64,000 nt of DNA from Ministeria vibrans ATCC 50519 (taxonomy: Eukaryota > Protista > Filasterea), in the NCBI GenBank assembly GCA_943704425.1, contig CALSCP010000368.1:1-64000 (forward strand), written 5' to 3'. The number at the start of each line of letters is the position of its first letter. Position 1 is the first letter of the stretch. Positions 12,701 through 20,879 of this stretch are shown here, piece by piece. A model generated the notes under the pieces. It did no database searches. It saw nothing but the letters and a program-made list of their open reading frames with translations, and was not told where the DNA came from. The translations under genes and the position numbers were made by a program.

Positions 12701-14719
12701 GTTGTTGAGAATCACCACCATTTTCCCAGCGAAGAGCTGTCGCAAGGTACACCCATTCGACAACGGTGCGTTGAATCGCACACCATTGTAAAGGTCAATG
12801 TTCCACGTACAGCACTTCTGGCCAACGGTAGCGCAAAGCTTGTGCCAGGACCTTACTTCACCAGCTGTTGTGCGCTGGTTGGTAATAAGCAACACTTGAC
12901 ATGCCTGCGCCTGCTCCAGTGGAAAAGGTTCGGAGACCTGCAACTCCACATCTCGCCGTTGAATTGCCTCCAAGAGCGCATGGTCCTCCAATTTCCCTAA
13001 CTGCATCACGACAGCCATGGAGATTTGCGTGTAGTAGGGCACGATCGGGTCGATGGCAAGGCAGGCCAGCAGGGGTAGCGTGCTGCCAGGCTCTGCCAGA
13101 AGAATCTCATACTCTGTAGTCAAGCTCGTCACGCTGTTGGTGTCACCTCCACCACCTCCAACGCAGTGACCGTCACCGCCACCGCTGAGTGGAAGACTGT
13201 GCGGCTGAATGCGGTCGCTATTCACAGTGTAGAGTGCGAAGGCTGTCTCGGGCACTGGGAGCAGTGTGGGCGGATCAGACAGGTTGGTGGAGCATGCGGA
13301 CACGATGGTACCGCTCAGTACTACTGTCAAAGCACGTCGCCCCTGAGACGCGGATCCCAACGAAAACTTGCTGTGATTGTCGACAAAGCACACAATAGGG
13401 GTCTCCGAGCCGCGCATTGGAGCAATGTGGCTCAAAATGGTGCTCAAATACACGGGAAAGTGCACAACAATAGTTGACTCCTGATTTTGTTGGATATGTT
13501 GAAGTGGTAAGTTGACACGGGGCACCAGAGCGTTGTAGCGCATGGGTACGTGGACCTTAAGCGGATTACCAACGAGTGGGAGCGCCGGAAAGTCTAAACT
13601 CTCCCCTCGGTTTCCGCTGCCACTGCTGCTGCTCAGCGCCCTCACATGCCATGAAATGGGTTGGGCAAAGTGGCGCAGCTCACCAGCCTTGAGTTGGGAG
13701 TCAATTTCCACGTGATTCTCTGGGAGGCACTCAAACCATGCGCTACATGGATGTGAAAAGAGAATTTTCTGGCGAAGTGGCGTCGGCATGGTGCCCACAT
13801 TTTCCACGACAAGCCATGTGTTGCAAAGGCACCCCGGCTCAATCACATCATCACACCAGACCGACGAAAAGGTGGTCTTCTCCAGATCGACGCGCAAATC
13901 GTAAGGCGGCACAGACGTGAAGAGATACTCGCGCGTGCTGCTTCCCACCACCTGTATGACGGGGCTGCCATCTTTCCCATCATTTCCTTTCTTTCCAGCT
14001 CTGCCATTCCCACCTGCAACGCCAGAACGTCCAGCTAGTCCAGCGTAATGCGTAGTCTCAATGCGTGTGTGCCCTTCCCAAGTGTACGTCGAGCCAGCCG
14101 CGCCGGCAGCCCCTCCCTGACCGGCCCTTCCACCACTTCCACCAGGCCCAGGGTCGCCGCCTGCGCCTCCGCTGGCGGTCGGTACCGTCTTGAAGAGCAT
14201 GAGCATGTCAGTGTCGGCTTCATCGACTGATACGATCACTCGGCCCCCGTTGCCTCCATCACCTCCATTTCCGCCAGGGCCACCTCGGGTGCCATTTGTT
14301 CCACTCCTGCCGCTTTCCCCGATTTTGCCATCTCTGCCGTCATTGCCACTTAGGCCGGGCGATCCGACCTCGCCTTTGCCACCTTTTCCGCCATCCGCGC
14401 GCAGGCGTATGTCCTCTGGCAGACGGTCGAGGGAATAAACGACCGTATTTGGCTTTTTTGGTGATTTCTTGCCAGGTTTGACTGGAAAAAAGGAGAAAGA
14501 GAGTGAGGGAAAAGCTAAGTAGACGTTACGGGTGTGCAATGAACACAACGTCCTACCAAGAGTTGAAGTCACAATAACAGCATCCTCTTGCGTGCTAAAC
14601 TCGAGGAGGATCTCGCCACCATCCTTCCCGTGCTGGCCGTTGCGGCCACCGAGGCTGAAGAAGCCTCCGCCCTTGTCGCCCTGTCGTCCTGACATGTCAA
14701 GGGATAAACTTTTGCTCAT
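9779..14719 (-). CDS. Large protein with N-terminal Gly-rich collagen-like region and two PH domains
   Basis: 1646-aa ORF with G-x-x repeats (GRDGKIGESGRSGTNGTRGGPGGNGGDGG) and two PH signatures (KGFMKKRGG..FKRRFWIL..LSYF; GMLQKRG..WRKRWFVL..LSYY). Short in-frame introns are possible. Confidence 0.8.
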   Translation of the reverse strand: MSKSLSLDMSGRQGDKGGGFFSLGGRNGQHGKDGGEILLEFSTQEDAVIVTSTLGRTLCSLHTRNVYLAFPSLSFSFFPVKPGKKSPKKPNTVVYSLDRLPEDIRLRADGGKGGKGEVGSPGLSGNDGRDGKIGESGRSGTNGTRGGPGGNGGDGGNGGRVIVSVDEADTDMLMLFKTVPTASGGAGGDPGPGGSGGRAGQGGAAGAAGSTYTWEGHTRIETTHYAGLAGRSGVAGGNGRAGKKGNDGKDGSPVIQVVGSSTREYLFTSVPPYDLRVDLEKTTFSSVWCDDVIEPGCLCNTWLVVENVGTMPTPLRQKILFSHPCSAWFECLPENHVEIDSQLKAGELRHFAQPISWHVRALSSSSGSGNRGESLDFPALPLVGNPLKVHVPMRYNALVPRVNLPLQHIQQNQESTIVVHFPVYLSTILSHIAPMRGSETPIVCFVDNHSKFSLGSASQGRRALTVVLSGTIVSACSTNLSDPPTLLPVPETAFALYTVNSDRIQPHSLPLSGGGDGHCVGGGGGDTNSVTSLTTEYEILLAEPGSTLPLLACLAIDPIVPYYTQISMAVVMQLGKLEDHALLEAIQRRDVELQVSEPFPLEQAQACQVLLITNQRTTAGEVRSWHKLCATVGQKCCTWNIDLYNGVRFNAPLSNGCTLRQLFAGKMVVILNNERVFDNTTGHVPLVSGRQVPLDGKTQQPGDGDLFNRADIMQCIVESAMHVYVCGLPDGVHPLLMDHWMPPSDDGIPGIQKSVYSSEFQFRQRYRVDADSVARSAATIKQERRSEHRAVSVMADAGDASPVAATAFGSVPPLQKGFMKKRGGFDGTKAFKRRFWILDAVAGTLSYFEDTVSKVCLGEIPLHGAAIELDSENSENFKLITGAQRGGRVFFLRVDATCHERSNVLTRLNPNAPFFLNSQTQWMDAIKHVIAASSFSSSCDMGEDKNVGCGPSVISLDSESSIATSSTAAAIDRVGGACGDHGLDLDDRISEISEISESESDDDCSAVDLRPSRSGADAGSGSIVNDDTHAINVRVSRPGRGNPAAPPCSDTLSLDGSIMRHVCLRAPGMRGEVPPVMHQWIGCHVPFDSSSVLWWPADFVASGDFAGMLQKRGVGQLGGGWRKRWFVLRPANKTLSYYSSHKSLKANGVIALRTFCLVQGVPGELQIETPTRTYYLADMPEPLRMPGYNPIDMWREQLELLVVCGPPRRARGDECDHAPLPGIESVPKESVLPQGALRVQELNSFADPRATSTLQRMSLDGLHDACQGWAGNGETIACGDIELVNKNMYAKQQTEFESKTARELSVFLREQYPCLRFCIQLISKQRQINVLPPTRHHYATVVFRQASSAQIHDPAFVESRGNMFSFFKCWHFSKKLFMLRHLPDDLGATSPYGDARQNVALIIAATVVSDLADEQACYRHVDETHVVTVRQWTVELLKQRGLVLLRQFCQALFTPSTQLYAMARGSAKRALIESILVSIMLMCLRFRSFKSSLLTTVHSVVSDATCDLLQSAVAKLIFEAGETEEAAGKAREQVQITREYERLQKLAAAKKSLEKKQNITAEQSFRLQRDPFPAPGQQLPPFSSIAIKLGNSIVSQDKREPIDTSQRQEPIHYAFDSAAQRKQRLIEYARDAPKVFFTTESDVISY

Positions 14720-14908
14720 TCTTGCAGCCTGTACCAGAGAAGAGAAAAAGCATGTTAGGCAACGAAAGCAAAAGGTAATGCAGGGTGACGCAGTGGCGTA
14801 ACTCTCGCGTTGAAGACAGAGTTAGGGGGGTCGACAACAAACAAGCAAGAGACTTTACAAGCGAACGATATGAACAAAAAAAAAAGGTCACAAGACCAAT
14901 CACCTTCA

Positions 14909-15105
14909 CCAATCCCGCACACGCCCGCCACCGCCGACCGCCGCAAAAAACCACCCACACACACCCTTGGCAAATATGTGACTGACTGCAAGCGCTAAAG
15001 AGCCCGCAATATCACAGAAGGACGAATATTGCATTGCGCGGTGAGGCCGAGAAGTAGGCTGGAGTCCGGCTGGAGAGCCCAATCCCGCACACGCCCGCCA
15101 CCGCC
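14909..15105. repeat. 27-bp perfect direct repeat CCAATCCCGCACACGCCCGCCACCGCC (14909-14935, 15079-15105)
   Basis: Two identical copies 170 bp apart upstream of the PH-domain gene. Confidence 0.85.
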
Positions 15106-15644
15106 CACTTCCGCAAGATGACACACGCACACTGGACACACACACAATCCTCTGATACGTATGTGGCTTACTTTGATAGTTGAGAAGCGTACGAATTTGT
15201 GAACTGTAAAAAAAAATTGAAGACAGGTTTGGTTATCTCACGGTTAGAAATCAGACTGCGCTCTTGTGCCCGATTGCGGCAAATCCTTTGCAGTAATGCA
15301 TAACTGAAACTGCAATTTGACATGACAGAAGTCCGAAACTCGTGCTACGCATTCCCTTCGTTGCGAAGAAGCACCGTCCTTGAGGTAGCAGTGTGACGGG
15401 CCAGTACCGAGTGTGCTGCCGAGGTGGTGTTGGCATCGGCACGTCCATGCTATTTGCTAAGTGAACTAACCCTAACCTCGTGCCCGTCGAGAGGGCGGGG
15501 GTGCGGTGGATGATTTTGAGCGGAAGAAATCTGTGAATCCGACTTGCACTTGAGTGATTAATGAGTGTCGTCTTTTCACTATTTACTATTACCCTTTTGG
15601 CTTTTAGTATTTTACATTTCTTGTCTATTTTCTTTCTGTGAAGT

Positions 15645-16050
15645 ATGACGGATAGAGGCGAAGCCGCAATTGATTCGTTGCAACGTGAAGTCGAAGAGGT
15701 GACGACTTTTGTGTTTTCTTTTGTGTGTCCCATCCGAGAACTGTGCGTCTTATGGCGCTCTCTTCTTCTATCCCCAACGACATGCGTGGTTCGACTTTCT
15801 TATCGTGTGCGGCGTTGCCACTTTTTGTGTCGATTGAGTCGTTGTGAAAACGATTTGTGTGTTGACACTTTTGTGCTTCCGTTGATCACAGGCTGCAACG
15901 CACCTGTCGGAGATTTACGAGAGCGTGGCATCGCAAGCAGTTGTCATGGCAGCGTTGGTGGCTGAGGCGAACACACAGCTTGAGTTTCTGAGTGCCTGGC
16001 GTGAGTTTGTGCGTCCAGTGCCTCCAACGACGAGTGAGCGAGAGCAGTGA
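15645..16050 (+). CDS. Small helical hypothetical protein (70 aa)
   Basis: ATG after an AT-rich leader; exon 15645-15698, GT-AG intron, exon 15892-16050 in phase 0: MTDRGEAAIDSLQREVEE|AATHLSEIY...LSAWREFVRP...EQ*. Confidence 0.5.
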
Positions 16051-16245
16051 TGCAATATTAATAGTGTGGTGTATCTGTACAGTAGTAAGACTCTTGAATA
16101 ACACGACTCTTGGTGAGTGTCAGTGACTGAAAAGTATGCGACCGATGGATTATACGAAAAGATGGCTTGTTTTTATACGTTTGTTCTGGTCACCCTTCAC
16201 CCGAGAACAATAATATCATTAACAGTAATATCATCCTTCGCATTT

Positions 16246-17064
16246 CTACTTCAGTTCAAAGTCACGCTTGAAGGAAAACACGAGCTGCACACACATACAC
16301 ACAGAGAGAGAGACACACAGACATGAGGAGAACAAAGGGATAAGAGAACGACGACACACAAACGTTAATTTGGCTTACAGTGTGGTGCGCCTTAGCGGCA
16401 ATTTCCTTGGACATGCTCTGGAACGCAAAGGGTGTGTCCATCTCAAAAACCTCGGTGACTCCCTCGCTCGTGACAGTGTACCTGTGAGAAGAAGGGCAAG
16501 GAGAAATGAACGAAATCGCAAAGGAGAGTCGTCACCGTTTCGTACGTTGAGATCGCGTCGTATGAGCCCCAAGGAACTTCAATTTCGCCATAGTACTTGA
16601 CGATACATGTGCCATCGTTGCGAACAATGGGTTGGAGACGCTATGGTCGAAGCGGATGTCAATACAATGCACAATGCAAATCAATCGGATTTTGTCTCCA
16701 CTTTGCTTTACCTTGGCCTTCACGCTCAAGATGTGATCGTAGAAGCCAAGGATGTCAATCTTCTCATTGTGCACATAGGTGACAGTTCCGTCCGAATGGT
16801 TCTTGATGCTGTCCTGCGTGACGCCCAGCGGATGGCGTTGGAACACCTCCTTGACGTTGCTGACAGCCAAACAGACATCGCGAGTGATGCACTTGAACTT
16901 GGCTTCTGTCGTCACCTACACGAGCACGCCGTGCAGGTGTCAGGTGTCGCTGTACCGCTGCACGTCGGTGGATGGCAGAAAGGGTGTACCGACACTTGGA
17001 CGGAGCGAAAAGCAAATCCGCACGCGATCATGAAAAGGAATCCAAGGATTGCTTTGGCAGCCAT
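16246..17064 (-). CDS. Hypothetical secreted protein (signal peptide)
   Basis: MAAKAILGFLFMIACGFAF signal-like start; spliced exons VTTEAKFKC...KAK, YYGEIEVPWGSY, YTVTSEGVTEVFEMDTPF...AHHT, LVFSFKRDFELK*. Confidence 0.55.
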
Positions 17065-17236
17065 AGTGGTATGAAAGATAGAGAAGAGAGACAGAAAAAG
17101 GGGGACTAGTAGAGAAAGAGAGATTCGTCAAGCAAAGTAGTGAAAGTTTGAGAGTTGTCAGTTGTGATTCTTGATTGAAAATTTGAAACTAAATCACATT
17201 TATTTTCATTTCTATTCTGACTTGCAGTCTTTCACA

Positions 17237-18820
17237 ATGCAAACAAACTCTCAACGCCAACAAGCACTTCTCCAGCGTCGCGCTCTACAGCGCCTTGCCG
17301 ACATTCGTGGTGATGGTACTAGTCTCATTACCCTTCTTGTTCCTGGAAAGGAGCCTGTTCATCGTGTCGTCCAGGTAATTAAGACTTACGCTCAACCTCT
17401 CTTCAAAGTACTATCTCCCTGCCTACTGACCTTCGACCTCTCAAACATGTGACTGAGCTAAAAGAATTACTCGTTCCATGTACTTATGTTGATCCTGTTA
17501 CCCACTATCTTTCTTGCACAACTACAATCTATTCCATTTATTGCGCAACTTTTTCTTTTCAGCTTCTTCACGATGAAATGGCCATGTCGTCGCACATTAA
17601 GAGCCGCGTCAACCGCCAGTCGGTGCAAGAAGCCATTCAAGGATGTTTGTCAATTGTGCGTCAGTATGCGGTGCTCCCGCCTAATGGCTTGGCCATTTTC
17701 TCGTCGGGTCGAGCACTGAAAATCCGCGAAAGTCTGGAGCCTCTCGTGGCCATTCCGTCTCGCAAGTACATCTGCGGCTCGACCTTTCACATCCCCGAGC
17801 GCATTCTCGAGGCCGCACACGGAGGCGACACGCGGGTGTTCGCCTTTGTCGTTGTGGACGGCCACGGGGCGCTCGTGGCGTCGCTGCAAGGACCGACTCG
17901 TCGCACGCTGGCACGCGTCACTTGCAACCTGCCTAAGAAGCAGAGCAACGGAGGCCAGTCCGCGCCTCGTTACGGCCGACAGCGTCTTTAACGCGCGCCA
18001 CGAGTTTCTCGTGCGCGTCTCCGAGGTGATGTCGCTGCAGCTGCGCCCTTTACTCAGCACCGTCACGGCCGGCACGTCGACGGCGGGCGCGCCGCTGCAC
18101 CTGGAGGGCATCATCATTGGGGGTCTCGCAGACCTCAAGAGCGAACTCCAAGAGGTCCTTGAACCGCGTCTGCGCCAGCGCGTTCTCATGCTCGTCGACG
18201 TGTCGCACAGCGGCGAGAATGGTCTGAGCGAGGCCATCTCACGCTCGGCGTCCCACCTCGAAGGCATCCGCTACCTCGCCGAACGCGATTCGATCCAACG
18301 CTTTTTCGACGTCATTGCCCGCGATCCCGACATGGCCGTCTACGGCCGTGCCGCCACACTGGCTGCATTGCGCGCCGGAATGCTCACCCAATTGTTTCTC
18401 TGCGAAAAGAGCGTGAGTGTGAACACAACGCGTACGACGACTGCAACGACGACGACGACGACCACCACCACCACCGCCGTGGTCGTGCCCAGCAGTAGTA
18501 GTAGTAGTACCACTTGTGAGGATCGTGATGGTATGCACATTTGTGGTCTTGTTGAAGACTTGCAAGCGACAACCCTCGAGGGTGAGACGGGCGACGAAAT
18601 GCTTGAGTCGCTGTTCCAACTGGCGCGAGAGACTAACGCGGACGTCAGTGTCGTCTCCATGGCAACGCCCGAGGCACAACAGCTGTACACAGGCTTTGAT
18701 GGTTTTGGGGGTCTACTGCGCTTCCGGGGAGCAATGGATGCACTAGGTGGCACGGTCGAGAGCGACGATGATGACAACGACGATTTGGACATGAGTGCGT
18801 ACGAAGAGGAGTATTGCTAA
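17237..18820 (+). CDS. ETF1: Divergent eukaryotic peptide chain release factor 1 (eRF1) homologue requiring a +1 frameshift at CTT-TAA (17986-17991)
   Basis: Exon 17237-17374, intron 17375-17562, then GDGTSLI, DEMAMSSHIKSRVNRQSV, PPNGLAIF, YICGSTF, LPKKQSNGGQSAPRY. The +1 frame continues NARHEFLVRVSE, GIIIGGLADLKSEL, DVSHSGENGLSEAI, GFDGFGGLLRF and an acidic tail. 188 aa without shift, 464 aa with shift. Confidence 0.9.
17986..18018 (+). promoter_or_regulatory. Putative programmed +1 frameshift site CUU-UAA-C with 3' stem-loop
   Basis: CTT (17986-88), TAA (17989-91), C. Hairpin 17993-18018: GCGCG-c-CACGAG / TTT / CTCGTG-CGCGT, 11 bp with one bulge. Confidence 0.65.
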
Positions 18821-18889
18821 ACAATGAAACAAGAGTGTGTTTTGTGTCTATGTGTGTGTGTGTGTGTGTGTGTGAGTGTGAGTGAAGGT

Positions 18890-20867
18890 CTACAAGTCTT
18901 GGTGTGGCGTGACGTGCTGTGCCACCGCATAGACAGTGACGAGCAGCGCATCGATAATGTCGCGCTCTTCCAGTCGCACCCGGGTTGCCATTTGAACACG
19001 AACCTCGTTGATGTTACTACGACTGTCCATTGTGTGGATTGCGTCAATTGTGCTTGTGAGCTGCTCTTGAATGCGCTGGAGAAGTCCCATAATCAGCTCA
19101 ATCGAGGCAATTTCGTGTGCTTTGTCCATCGATTGATTCTACATCGACCGTTGAATTCAGCTTGTCTGTGTTTTTTTTGTCATACCTGGGAGAGTGTTTG
19201 AAGGAGCGAGTCGTAGTCAGAGTCGCGCGAGTGCTCCGACAAAGTGAGAATGCGCGCATAGGCCAACATGTGCAGTGGAATCATCTCTGTCTGCGTTCCA
19301 CTCACTGCAATACGCTCACCACTAAGGGACAAAAATAAAGAGAAAAATTGACCCGGAGATAGAAAAAAAAAGTTGAGTACGAGGGAGAAAGAAACAAGAA
19401 ATAATGAACAAATTGATAAGAGTTCAATTATTACTCGTCAGAAGCACAGTTCTTCCACACACACACACACACACAACCACCCCCCCTTTTTCACTTGTTT
19501 TCTCTCCTAATGTAGTACAACATACCTCTGCAGCTCCAGTGCCTTGAGCAGTCTGCGTGGGAGTGCATCAACAGACTCGGACGGCGCAATGGGCGGCATG
19601 GGCACCCACACCGCCCCATTGGGATTGACCAGCGGCACAAACCCATAGTCGCACAGGAGCCGACTCGACGGCGTCCGCGAGGCCGAGCTGTATGCCGCAA
19701 AATACTATTACGACAAAATACGCGCGTTATCATCACAATCATCATAAATTAATACGAATTGCGGTTCTGCTTACTTGACTGTTTCGAGAGACATTTCGAA
19801 TGGAGTGGCATTCAAAGTGCGTCGAGCGCTCGTTTGTGTAGCAGTCCGTGTTGACTGTATCCTCACCACGCACGTCCGTATTGAGCATGCCCGCCATAGG
19901 AACAAGACCTAAGCAGCGGACAGATCAACACTCGCACACGGCAGAAAGTCACATGCACAATCTCTTTACAATTTGCACTCTGCCATTGGCCCGATCCGTC
20001 TTTGACGCGAATGCGAAAGTTGCGCGACCATACAATGCTGGCGGCCCAAGCAAACTGTTCATAGGTAAAGGCAGACTCGTCTGGGAACACAACGGAAAAC
20101 AAACCGGGCACTTTCTCCACAAGGGTCTCTACAGGTCAACAGGAGCAAATGAGAATGATTTGGATCGCGCACTCCAATACGTAATAGCCCCGTACCATAA
20201 GCCTCTTTGAGATCACGCTCACGTTGAAGAGTCACCTCTTCCGCATTGGTGCCTTTCAGGTGCGCTCGTTCCGACACACTCCAAAAGAGCGGTGTGTTGA
20301 TCGCCGTAGGCAGTGCATTCACATAGGGGTGCAATGGCGAGTCGCGCCCGCGCGCTCGCTCGTAGCACAGATACAAGGCCATGCCATGCACGTCCTGCGG
20401 CAGCCAGTCTTCAATGATTCCGCCCACATCGCTCACAATGGCGTGCTCAATGCTCAGCACCAGTGACAGCGGTGTCCGCAGCACAATCGTCCCGTTCTAC
20501 ACGACGCACCGCACCCCATGCATCGTTCAAGGCCCACCCGCATCTCCAATTCCCACATTGTACCTTTAATGATCGTGTCGCAACCAGACCGCGTCCGTAT
20601 CCTTCAATCTCGGCAAGTTCAGCATTGCGAAGTTTCCCTTTACGAAAATCAAAAATACAAAAGAATAAAAAATCAAAAAATTAATAAAAATCGCAATCAC
20701 ACAATATATTCCCTCTTCTTCGCACCGCCCCCTTTGGTGAACCACTGGCGAAACTCTTTGACGGCGCTGTCAGCGGAAGAATCGCCAGCAACCTCCACCG
20801 CACATCCCACACAGACGAAAAGCAGCGCCAGGAGCCACGCGCGCCGCTCGCTTGCTCCTCCCATCAT
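18890..20867 (-). CDS. SET-domain (SETD3/Rubisco LSMT-like) protein with signal peptide and C-terminal HQDL
   Basis: GYGRGLVATRSLK, LHPYVNALP..TPLFW, FAWAASIVWSRNF, LVPMAGMLNT, LLCDYGFV..NP, RVRLEERDII; multi-exon. Confidence 0.85.
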
Positions 20868-20879
20868 CCAACACGTGCA

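Noticed and set aside
15241-15265. AAATCAGACTGC resembling the RNase P RNA CR-V motif
   Set aside because: No matching CR-I/P4 partner was found upstream.
15381-15400. TGAGGTAG let-7-like seed
   Set aside because: Only 8 nt match and there is no pre-miRNA hairpin; likely chance.
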